DNA from: Demequinaceae bacterium
GTDB taxonomy: Bacteria > Actinomycetota > Actinomycetes > Actinomycetales > Demequinaceae
DNA: 32,000 nucleotides
Reading direction: 5' to 3'
Assembly (NCBI GenBank): GCA_965250005.1
Contig: OZ252279.1
Span: 1,890,001-1,922,000 of the forward strand
A program made the translations under genes and the position numbers. The notes beneath the pieces are model-generated. The model saw only the letters and a list, made by a program, of their open reading frames with translations, did no database searches and had not been told where the DNA came from. Below, piece after piece: positions 1 through 8,152 of the stretch (its first letter is position 1; the number at the start of each line of letters is the position of its first letter).

Positions 1-3000
1 ACATCGAAGTCGAATATGCCCGCGATATTGATGGTGTTGGCGACGCAGATCCAGACGACCCGTACGGGCTGACAGTCTGTGAAGCCGATGGATTCGTCAA
101 CGAAGCAGCGATCGACACGTACTACGACACCGTTTTCGCGAACGGTTGGGACGAAAACAGCCAACTGTGCTCCCCGTCCTCGAACGCAGACGACGCACCC
201 ACATTCCACAAATATATGGTCACCGAAGTACGCCTCGTCGATGCGGTGGCGCCCGTACCTGTTGATGCAGACGAAGACGGCGACTTTGAGGAAGCAACAT
301 CGAGCGACTTTTTTGACTACCTGACCACCGTTAACCGATACGACTACATCGGTGAGCCTGCCTGGGCTTACGCCGATTCGATCATGTCGGAGCGCGGCCA
401 GGGTGGACAAACATGGAACGTGTTCCGTGGCTACGAAATTGTTGAATCCTGGGTAGGTGAGAACCTCACCGACTATGCGGTCACCCGCAACCAGTATTAT
501 CGCGGAACATCTGGGGGATACCTCGAAAATGGCACGCTCGCGTCAACAGTCGAACTGACACGTATCAGTGACGGCACAACAGTTGAAGACCTTGCAGACC
601 TGTCTGGCATGCTTGCCGCAACTTCGACGGTGCGCCGCGAAGTTGATGGCCAAACGGTCACCGATACGCTCGCAACAGCCTCACACAGTGACTACACAAT
701 TGAGCGGGCTGTCGCACTCGATGTGCGTGAAGTAGACCTCAATCTTGGGGTCGGTGCAGAACTGATCGAAGTTGGTGACGCAAACAACGACGGCAACGCG
801 GACCTACTTGCCTGGCTTGCCGACAAGTCGTTGGTTCTGTATTACGGTGACGGCAACGGTGGCGTGACCGACGTTGACGGCACCGTTGTGTCTGCCGCAT
901 GGAGCACAACGGCAGACAAAATTATTGCACCCGGATCGTGGGATTCAACCGTCGACGATTATGTAGACCTCATCGAAGTCAAAGACGGATATTTGCGACT
1001 ACATCGCGGTGCTGGCGATGGCACATGGGCGTCAACGAGCACCCAGATCGGTAGCGGTTGGGGCAGCTTCTTGGACATTTTGGTGCCAGGTGACTGGAGT
1101 GGCGACAGCAAACCTGACATCCTGCCCATTCAAACGGACAGCGACCTTCGGTTGTATACCGGCAACGGCACCGCCACATCCCCCACAACAGTCGGCGTCA
1201 TTGCCCAAATAGTTGATGAAGACTACATGCGTTTTGGCGACTTCGACGGCGACGGCAAAACTGATGCCGCACACCACTACGACACCGACTGGCATGCATC
1301 ATATTCTGGGACCGGCGACTGGATATTCCTTGGTGGCTCGCAATATGGGGCCGATCAGGTCCGTTTCGATGGCGACTTCGACGGCAACGGCACAACCGAT
1401 ATGGCAATGCACACGTCGAGCGGGTGGCGTGTGCAATGGGACTCCAACAGTTCCTGGGAATACATCAACGACAGCACCATTACCGCAAATCTGTGGTTCG
1501 TGGATGTTGGCGTCAAAACTGCAGGCGACCCCACCGGTGTGGATGACATCGTTTGGTTTACCGGAAGCAAATTTTCTGTGCGTTGGTCTGGCCAAGGAAA
1601 CTGGGTAGACCTCAACACGTCCACATTGGGTTCCGACAAATCCTTTGCCGATATTGACGGCGACGGTGAAGCCGACATGATCAAACAAAACACGCTCGGC
1701 TGGCTAGTGTGGTGGTCCGGTAAAGGCCCCTACGAATACATCAACACTGATCTCAGTGCTGGCGACAATGTTATGTTCGGCGACTTTGATGGTGATGGCA
1801 GCGACGATTTGGTGCGCCGACGCAACGGCAACTGGGAATACAACTCTGCTTTGTTAGCTGACAGTGCCGCCGAATGGACCCACCTCATAGCCGAAGGTGG
1901 CACCAGCGGTGAAGGTGGTGTCTACGACTACGACGACTTCCACTATGAGGTGTGGGATTTTGATGGCAACGGCACATCAGATCTTGTCCGCTCCGGTGAC
2001 GGCGGCTGGATGGTCCTATACGACGGCACAGGCAACTGGCAACAAATCGCAGCCTCCCAATGGGCCCAATACGACACTTTTGTTGACGGCGGCGACTACA
2101 ACGGTGACAGCATTGCAGACATTATTGCCATCTCCGCCATCGGCAACGTCGATGTTCTCTACGGTGAAGGCGACAACGGTCCACCCGCCAACGCCCAAAA
2201 AACTGTCATAACCAACATTGGCGACGCCCAACAACTCGTCGCACCCGGAGACTGGAACGGCGACAACGTACCCGACCTACTCCTACTTGAAGCCGACGGA
2301 ACACTCATGCTTCACGGCGGCACCCCCCACACCACCAGCGGTGACGGCTCCTACTACAGCCAAACCATCCACTCCGAAACGTCATGGTCGATGGTCACCG
2401 AACCAGGACTTACCGTGCCGTGGGTGAAAACCTCAACCTCGACCACCGCGTTTGACGGCCAAAACCTGCCCATCACATCCGAATCAACCGTGATCGAAAC
2501 AGTCGACGGCATCCAAACAGCAGGCTCACCGTTCACATCCTGCACGGCCATGGAACATTTGTGGCGTGTTGACGACGACGCCGCTACGGGAGATACCAAC
2601 ATCGGATGGGATGCTGTAGACGGCTGGGGTGGAGACATCTACCTGTCAGCAACATGGCGCACCCGCACACATGAAGGCGCCTGTGACGACTCAGAGAAAA
2701 TCCTGACCGGTGTTTCAGAAACCTATTTTGATGGCGCCACCTGGGATGACAACGAACCCCAAGACCTGTTAACACGAGGTTTAGTAACAACAGAAATTGC
2801 GTACCCCATCTATGAAGGCGCCACCGCTGCCGCCAAACGTGGCAACGCCGCAATCTCCGTCGCAGAATATGATGCCCGCGGCCGTATCGCGAAAGCATGG
2901 ATGCCCAACGACGTCTCCTTGAACGCCACCACCGGAGCACTAGAAACCAACAACAGCTTCACCACATGGACATACGGTGCGTTCGCCACGTCGGGTGACC

Positions 3001-6000
3001 ACGCAGGCTTGGCGGAATTGACGGTAGGCACCACCGTTGAGTGGGCTGAAGGTGTGCCGACAACGTATTCGACGTCGCAATGGGTGGAGCCCACGCGCGG
3101 TAGTGGGGTGAAGTCCATTGACCTCAACGAGCACTACACGCATTACCGATTCGACCCGTTCGGCCTGCTTGAGGCGGGTTACGCGTCCACGACGTGGGAT
3201 GGCGCCACGGCTCCGTGGTTGGAGTCCAGTTATGTGATTCCGACGGCGTCGTTTGAGTACGACGTGTACGCCCCTGGTGTGGGCGTGCGTTCCACACCTG
3301 TGACAGTCACCTCTGCCCAGCATGCAGGCTACGACGCGGCCGCCAATGCCGGTGCAGGCCAATGGGTCTGCCAAGAAGCCGCCTGCTTCGTGAAACGTTC
3401 CTACATGTTCCTCGATGGATGGGGGCGTGCCGTCGAACAGCACCGTGTTGCACCAGACGGATCCGGTGGACGGCTAGTCTCCGCGACCAGGTACAACAAA
3501 CTCGGGCACATCGAGTTTGTTGCCTCAACGTTCTGGAACGAAGATGCCGCACAGCTGTCGAACGGAAGAGTTGACCCCGTCCTAGGTCAACTAGACCAGT
3601 TTGCGACCACAACGGTGGATTGGGCTGGCAGGGCTACCACCCAGTCGGTGTGGTACCGGGACCCGACTCTCGGGTTGTTGGAGACAAAGACCGACACCGT
3701 GTTCCTTGGCAACATCAGTCAGGTGGAGGCTGCCTCCGGTGCGATCACGGAGACCAAGAACGACGTGTTGGGTCGTTTGGTGCGGCAGTCGCAACACCCG
3801 GAGACCGGTTACGAGCTCGCCGAGGCATTCAACACCATCTACTCCTATGAAACTCTGACGGATGGCGGTAGCAAAGTCACCGTCACGGACCCCGACGACA
3901 ACGACACCGTGTTTGTGTCGAACATGGCGGGTCAGCGCACGTCGCTGGACGACCCGAACTCGGGCCTTTCGGCGTACACGTATGACTTGAACGGGCAAAC
4001 GACCTCGGTGGACTCCGAGGCTGGATTGATCATGATGGTCTATGACACGTTGGGTCGCATGATTGAACGTTACGGATTCCGTCCGGGTATCGATCCGGAC
4101 GACTCCGGTACGGTGTGGGCTGACTATTTGACCGCGGAGTGGACGTACAACGTCGGTCAGGCGGGTCTACCTGCGGCGGCTCCGGACGGTGCGTTGGTGG
4201 CGACATCGGCGACCACGTGGGTGCCCGATGGCGGCACAGGGTTCGATAGCTATGTGACGATCCAGACCACCGACGATTGGGACGCACTAGGCCGCCCCAC
4301 CGAATCAACCCTGACGCTACCGACAACATTGAACCTGGGGGAGCTCTCTGGCGACATGGATGCCGGAAAGTACACCCGGACCATTGAATACGACGAACTA
4401 TCCCGTCCGACGGTGACATTGCCCGCGATCGCTGGCCTGCCGGAACAAACCATTCTGAATGGTTACAACCGATTCGGTACGCCAGTGACGTTGGACGTGT
4501 TGAATAACCCAGGCCCCTCGCAAACGGTGACACCTATTGTTACGGGTGTTGGACTGGATGAGTTGGGTCGGTTGACGTCACGGTCGTATGCGAACACGGT
4601 GGACAGGTTGATTCAGTACGACGCCCAGTGGGGCGCACCGGAACGTATCGCTGCGGTGTTTGATCCGGGTACGGGTGACATTGCCATCCAGGATGACGTG
4701 TTTGTACGTGACGATGTGGGTCGCGTGACGTCGATTCAAGATGATTCAACATATGAATCGGCAAACCCACATGAAGCCCAATGTTTCGTCTATGACGGCC
4801 ACAACCGGCTCGCAAATGCGTGGACTGAAGCAACAGATGGATTCACGGACACGTGCGACACGTTTGCGACGTTGCCGACCACTCAGACTGAGTGGGATGC
4901 GAGTGCGTGGGCTGCGTCTGCTGGACCATATGCAACCACCTGGGAGTACTCAGATTCGGGTCGGATTGAGTCCATCACGAACCTCATCGAGGATGGCCTG
5001 TCAGGTTCCACAGAATCGGTGCAAGCCTTCGAATATGACTCCGACGGCAATGGCACAGAACTGTCGGTAAACGATTTGCCGCATGCGGTCTCCGGTGTAG
5101 ACAACGATGGCGACAGCACTGTCGATGACACGTTCGAATATGGCACCGCTGGCCGTCAAACGGTTCGCACCGTCGATGGGGTTACCTCCACGTTGACGTG
5201 GGATGTGTCCTCCAACCTTGTGAAAGCCGTCGTCGATGATGGCACGAATGAGGCGACGTGGGTGTATGTGTATGACGCATCTGGGCAGCGGGTCACCAAA
5301 ATCCAGCTCGATGGATCAACTCCAATAGATGCGACTGCATATTTTGGTGAAACTGAAGTCACCGACACAGACACCAGCACTGATGGTGCTTCAGACGTGA
5401 CCGCGGTGCGCTACTATCAGTTTGGTGGCGCCACGGTCGCCCTCGAACAGTCTGTTGAACACCCCACCAGCCCCACCGTGGACCTGTTCTACCTGTTTGG
5501 TGACTTCCAAGGCTCCGCACAGGTGATGATGTCTGATGCTCGAGACGTCAACGGTAACCCCGACCCCACAAACGCAGACATCTTGCGCAACGCCTACACC
5601 CCCTATGGGGCACAACGGTCGATAGATGTTGACGTCGACACCAACCCCGACCCAAACCTGCCCACCGAACGTGGCTGGCTATCCCAAATCAGGGACGAGC
5701 CCACCGACACCGCAGGTACCCTCGGCACTGGGCTGACATATTTGAACGCCCGCTACTACGACCCGGTAACAGCACGCTTCCTGTCCCCGGACCCACTCAT
5801 GAACCCCCAGGATCCACGCACCCTGGATCCATACCGGTATGCGGATAACAACCCTGTGCTCTACACAGATGCATCTGGGCTGTGCACCAATATGGCGATG
5901 GCGACGTTCGCCGCGCACAAAGCGTGCGAAACGTGGAACGCCAACAACGGTGATGGGGGCATCACAGGAGGCAACGACGGCGGTTCGGATGGTGCCGGAA

Positions 6001-6758
6001 ACTCCGGAGGGGCCGGTAGCTCGACGCAGCCTTCGGAAGATCAGGCGTTCGACTGTGGGACGTTTTCTTGGTACGACGGATGCTCAAACGATATTCCCGC
6101 GGGAGACTTCAACGAGCGCCTGGGGTTCGTCGAAGGGCTATCGATCGCGGGATGGGGCTTCACAAACTTCTGGGTCGGCGTGGGGAACGCAGGTCTCGGC
6201 GTCATAAACTTTGCCCGATGCTCCTTCAACTATGCGGGAGGCATGGGGCCACAATTAGCTGCAACAACATGCGGGGCTGCCACCATAGGAAATGGCGGAT
6301 ACGTTCCGGGAGGGTACTATTTCGGGCCCGTTGGCCCAGACGACGAACTATACGAACTTAGTATGGACATCGGGAAAATTACAACCGAGTCGGTAGCGCT
6401 CTCCGCAGCGAGTGGATTGGCAGCTGGAACTGCCTTAACAGTGAGTCGCACGACTGCCAATCTCGGGGCAACCGGCACGACACAATTGGGGACCTATCCC
6501 ATCTATATAGACCGCGCCCGCGCGACAGGCGCCAGCTACTTCAATGTGGGTAATGCCTGGAATTGGACGACGCGGGGTGCTCGGGCCGCCGCCAATACTC
6601 GATTCTTGAACACCACGATTGCGAATGCGGACCGGGTCCTGACGACAACGCCAAGGATCGCGATTCAAGAAGGCACGGCCTTGTATTCCGAGATTGCATA
6701 TCTTGAAGCCAACGGATATCGGTGGGTTAATCAATGGGCGCTGGTGCTATCGGGATGA
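1..6758 (+). CDS. Rhs-family polymorphic toxin (FG-GAP/VCBS repeats + YD repeats + RHS core + variable C-terminal toxin domain); 5'-partial, continues upstream of the window
   Basis: Frame 3 has no stop between nt 3 and the first Met at 216, so the ORF is open to the left window edge. At least 11 FG-GAP-like Asp-rich motifs are present (GDANNDGNADLL, GDFDGDGKTD, GDFDGNGTTD, DIDGDGEADM, GDWNGDNVPDLL). About 15 YD repeats are present (EYDARGRI, VYDTLGRM, FVYDGHNRL, YVYDASGQRV). The RHS core ends ...LNARYYDPVTARFLSPDP...YRYADNNPVLYTDASGL and is followed by ~291 aa of unrelated sequence. Confidence 0.93.
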   Translation, partial: IEVEYARDIDGVGDADPDDPYGLTVCEADGFVNEAAIDTYYDTVFANGWDENSQLCSPSSNADDAPTFHKYMVTEVRLVDAVAPVPVDADEDGDFEEATSSDFFDYLTTVNRYDYIGEPAWAYADSIMSERGQGGQTWNVFRGYEIVESWVGENLTDYAVTRNQYYRGTSGGYLENGTLASTVELTRISDGTTVEDLADLSGMLAATSTVRREVDGQTVTDTLATASHSDYTIERAVALDVREVDLNLGVGAELIEVGDANNDGNADLLAWLADKSLVLYYGDGNGGVTDVDGTVVSAAWSTTADKIIAPGSWDSTVDDYVDLIEVKDGYLRLHRGAGDGTWASTSTQIGSGWGSFLDILVPGDWSGDSKPDILPIQTDSDLRLYTGNGTATSPTTVGVIAQIVDEDYMRFGDFDGDGKTDAAHHYDTDWHASYSGTGDWIFLGGSQYGADQVRFDGDFDGNGTTDMAMHTSSGWRVQWDSNSSWEYINDSTITANLWFVDVGVKTAGDPTGVDDIVWFTGSKFSVRWSGQGNWVDLNTSTLGSDKSFADIDGDGEADMIKQNTLGWLVWWSGKGPYEYINTDLSAGDNVMFGDFDGDGSDDLVRRRNGNWEYNSALLADSAAEWTHLIAEGGTSGEGGVYDYDDFHYEVWDFDGNGTSDLVRSGDGGWMVLYDGTGNWQQIAASQWAQYDTFVDGGDYNGDSIADIIAISAIGNVDVLYGEGDNGPPANAQKTVITNIGDAQQLVAPGDWNGDNVPDLLLLEADGTLMLHGGTPHTTSGDGSYYSQTIHSETSWSMVTEPGLTVPWVKTSTSTTAFDGQNLPITSESTVIETVDGIQTAGSPFTSCTAMEHLWRVDDDAATGDTNIGWDAVDGWGGDIYLSATWRTRTHEGACDDSEKILTGVSETYFDGATWDDNEPQDLLTRGLVTTEIAYPIYEGATAAAKRGNAAISVAEYDARGRIAKAWMPNDVSLNATTGALETNNSFTTWTYGAFATSGDHAGLAELTVGTTVEWAEGVPTTYSTSQWVEPTRGSGVKSIDLNEHYTHYRFDPFGLLEAGYASTTWDGATAPWLESSYVIPTASFEYDVYAPGVGVRSTPVTVTSAQHAGYDAAANAGAGQWVCQEAACFVKRSYMFLDGWGRAVEQHRVAPDGSGGRLVSATRYNKLGHIEFVASTFWNEDAAQLSNGRVDPVLGQLDQFATTTVDWAGRATTQSVWYRDPTLGLLETKTDTVFLGNISQVEAASGAITETKNDVLGRLVRQSQHPETGYELAEAFNTIYSYETLTDGGSKVTVTDPDDNDTVFVSNMAGQRTSLDDPNSGLSAYTYDLNGQTTSVDSEAGLIMMVYDTLGRMIERYGFRPGIDPDDSGTVWADYLTAEWTYNVGQAGLPAAAPDGALVATSATTWVPDGGTGFDSYVTIQTTDDWDALGRPTESTLTLPTTLNLGELSGDMDAGKYTRTIEYDELSRPTVTLPAIAGLPEQTILNGYNRFGTPVTLDVLNNPGPSQTVTPIVTGVGLDELGRLTSRSYANTVDRLIQYDAQWGAPERIAAVFDPGTGDIAIQDDVFVRDDVGRVTSIQDDSTYESANPHEAQCFVYDGHNRLANAWTEATDGFTDTCDTFATLPTTQTEWDASAWAASAGPYATTWEYSDSGRIESITNLIEDGLSGSTESVQAFEYDSDGNGTELSVNDLPHAVSGVDNDGDSTVDDTFEYGTAGRQTVRTVDGVTSTLTWDVSSNLVKAVVDDGTNEATWVYVYDASGQRVTKIQLDGSTPIDATAYFGETEVTDTDTSTDGASDVTAVRYYQFGGATVALEQSVEHPTSPTVDLFYLFGDFQGSAQVMMSDARDVNGNPDPTNADILRNAYTPYGAQRSIDVDVDTNPDPNLPTERGWLSQIRDEPTDTAGTLGTGLTYLNARYYDPVTARFLSPDPLMNPQDPRTLDPYRYADNNPVLYTDASGLCTNMAMATFAAHKACETWNANNGDGGITGGNDGGSDGAGNSGGAGSSTQPSEDQAFDCGTFSWYDGCSNDIPAGDFNERLGFVEGLSIAGWGFTNFWVGVGNAGLGVINFARCSFNYAGGMGPQLAATTCGAATIGNGGYVPGGYYFGPVGPDDELYELSMDIGKITTESVALSAASGLAAGTALTVSRTTANLGATGTTQLGTYPIYIDRARATGASYFNVGNAWNWTTRGARAAANTRFLNTTIANADRVLTTTPRIAIQEGTALYSEIAYLEANGYRWVNQWALVLSG
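774..2325 (+). other. FG-GAP/VCBS-like repeat region of the Rhs protein (predicted beta-propeller)
   Basis: DxDxDG-type motifs recur every ~45-60 aa. Two subtypes are visible. The outer repeats read D..PD(L/I)L...DG.L.LY.G.G. The six inner repeats read GDFDG(D/N)G..D.....GW.V.W(S/D)G.G.W..(I/L). Confidence 0.75.
2860..5300 (+). other. YD/RHS-repeat shell region
   Basis: Repeated Y(D/N)xxG(R/Q) motifs: AEYDARGRIAKAW, TRYNKLGHIEF, YTYDLNGQTTSV, MVYDTLGRMIERY, IEYDELSRPT, FVRDDVGRVTSI, WEYSDSGRIESI, YVYDASGQRVTKI. Confidence 0.85.
5407..5882 (+). other. RHS repeat-associated core domain, ending at the predicted autoproteolysis or toxin-demarcation motif
   Basis: VRYYQFGG...FYLFGDFQGSAQVMM...AYTPYGA...GLTYLNARYYDPVTARFLSPDP...DPYRYADNNPVLYTDASGL. 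The canonical DPxGL motif is DASGL here. Confidence 0.8.
5883..6755 (+). other. Variable C-terminal (toxin) region of the Rhs protein; family unrecognised
   Basis: This is the sequence after DASGL. It has a Gly/Asn/Asp-rich linker (NNGDGGITGGNDGGSDGAGNSGGAGSS), a Cys-containing segment, and two Gly-rich hydrophobic segments (nt 6120-6215 and 6387-6443). The terminal ~90 aa (nt 6486-6755) contain no His, Cys, Lys or Met. Confidence 0.6.
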
Positions 6759-7138
6759 ACGATCGAGATCGGTGGGCAGACTTAACGAGGAGGAGGCTTC
6801 CGCGGCAAATGCGTCGTTTTGTGCGCATCTCCCGCGGGGCTCTTTCGGAGGCCGGGTTTGTGCCGACGTCGGTGTCGGTTTCTGCGGTCAACGGTGGGGC
6901 GGCAGCGATTCAGTTCAGCAGTAGCGAACTCGATATCGAAGTTGTATGGGAACGAGGGCACATCGCAGCGTGGGTGCGAAGAGACGTGCGTGGGAAGCGA
7001 AAGCTCGTGAAGATGACGGACGTGCACCGCGTTTCGGAACTTGGGTCCCGCACAGATCCGCTTCGTGTCGCGGGGATGGCGCGTCTGTTACGGGCAGTCG
7101 CACGTGACTTGCCCAAGATCATTGCAGACTTGCCGTAG
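6734..7138 (+). CDS. Hypothetical protein; candidate cognate immunity protein of the Rhs C-terminal toxin
   Basis: It lies immediately downstream of, and overlaps, the rhs 3' end. The ATG at 6734 is preceded by GGTGGG 7 nt upstream. An alternative in-frame ATG at 6755 forms an ATGA overlap with the rhs stop (6756-6758). The product is 127-134 aa, Arg-rich, with no signal peptide or TM segment and no recognisable motif. The assignment is by position only. Confidence 0.55.
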   Translation: MGAGAIGMNDRDRWADLTRRRLPRQMRRFVRISRGALSEAGFVPTSVSVSAVNGGAAAIQFSSSELDIEVVWERGHIAAWVRRDVRGKRKLVKMTDVHRVSELGSRTDPLRVAGMARLLRAVARDLPKIIADLP

Positions 7139-7505
7139 CTGAAATCGAGGCGGTTCGTCGTTCTGAGGGTCACGAGGGCGAAACGGGCTACTTGGTCCCG
7201 CCGGCCGCCTTGATCGCAATAGCGATGGGGGCTGGTGCAGGAACTGGTGACAGTTGGAGCCAACCCCGCTTTCCCGGACACGGGGTGTGTGTTGATCATG
7301 CCGCAATTTCGGCATGGGTGTGAAGTGCTTCGAATGTTGCGGGGCTGACGGAAACCGCCGCCAATACGCCCCCGCCGTATAGGAGCCACCGCGTGATGCG
7401 GTCGGGAGGGGCAGTGGTTGTCGCGAAGCCGCCGTGCAAGAATCAGAACATATGTAGCGTCGCGGAATCATCCGCGCGGGCGATACCGCGTTCGCGTGTA
7501 TTCGT

Positions 7506-7532
7506 GGGAACATGGGTGTACCCAGAACCGTT
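7506..7532 (+). promoter_or_regulatory. Candidate ECF (SigE/SigH-type) promoter: GGGAAC-N17-CGTT
   Basis: GGGAAC lies at 7506-7511 and CGTT at 7529-7532, with 17 nt between. This matches the actinobacterial ECF consensus GGAAC-N16-18-(C/G)GTT. It ends 8 nt before the sigE ATG at 7541. Confidence 0.4.
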
Positions 7533-7540
7533 GAGCAGAC

Positions 7541-8152
7541 ATGGAGACGCAGATGCAGCAAGTACCTGCGCGTCCCGTCGCGCTCAGCGACCAGGTCACA
7601 GCCCCGGCAATTCCGGACCTCACGTGGGAAGGGATCGTCCGCGATCACTCTCCCCGGGTCTACCGCTTGGCGCTGCACCTCACCGGCAACCCGCATGACG
7701 CGGAAGACCTCACACAAGATGTGTTCGTCCGCGTCTTCAACTCGTTGTCCCAGTACAAGCCCGGCACCTTCGAGGGTTGGCTGCACCGCATCACCACCAA
7801 CCTCTTCCTTGACCGCGTGCGCCGCAAAAAGCGCATCCGGTTCGACTGGATGGGGGACAACGCCGACGGCGTCGCGACATCGGACTCTTTCGATCGTCAT
7901 GAGCGCAGCGGCCAGCCTGAAGATGCCTTCGACATGGGAAACCTTGGAGACGACATCATCGACGCACTCGGGGACTTGCAGCCCGAGTACCGCGCGGCTG
8001 TGGTGCTGAGCGACATCGAAGGCCTCTCCTACGAGGAGATTGCGGCAACTCTGGGGATCAAGATGGGCACCGTCCGCTCGCGGCTTTCGCGGGCGCGGGC
8101 AAAACTCCGTGAATCCCTAGCGCACCGTGCTCCCTCGGAGGGAGCAGTGTGA
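7541..8152 (+). CDS. sigE: ECF RNA polymerase sigma factor, SigE-like
   Basis: Sigma-70 region 2 (DLTQDVFVRVF...FEGWLHRITTNLFLDRVRRKKR) and region 4 (YRAAVVLSDIEGLSYEEIAATLGIKMGTVRSRLSRARAKLRE) are present. The sigE/anti-sigma/htrA/tatB order matches M. tuberculosis Rv1221-Rv1224. Confidence 0.9.
   Translation: METQMQQVPARPVALSDQVTAPAIPDLTWEGIVRDHSPRVYRLALHLTGNPHDAEDLTQDVFVRVFNSLSQYKPGTFEGWLHRITTNLFLDRVRRKKRIRFDWMGDNADGVATSDSFDRHERSGQPEDAFDMGNLGDDIIDALGDLQPEYRAAVVLSDIEGLSYEEIAATLGIKMGTVRSRLSRARAKLRESLAHRAPSEGAV

Noticed and set aside
79-6400. Many 60-170 aa ORFs on both strands inside the rhs gene
   Set aside because: All are nested in the single uninterrupted 6.7-kb rhs frame, which carries coherent repeat motifs. 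None has independent support.
7263-7316. Weak hairpins after the immunity ORF (ACCCCG..CGGGGT at 7263-7286 followed by GTGTGTT; CATGCCG-CAATTT-CGGCATG at 7297-7316) as possible terminators of the rhs operon
   Set aside because: The stems are 6-7 bp, with a large loop in the first and no convincing U-tract. They cannot be told apart from chance.
6910-7900. ORFs in or around the rhs-sigE spacer: minus 6910-7389 (159 aa), minus 7088-7900 (270 aa), plus 7393-7698 (101 aa)
   Set aside because: All overlap the immunity candidate or sigE in another frame or strand. Their products are Arg/Ser/Pro-rich with no motifs. I also looked for orphan Rhs C-terminal/immunity remnants and tRNA-like sequence in 7139-7540 and saw neither.
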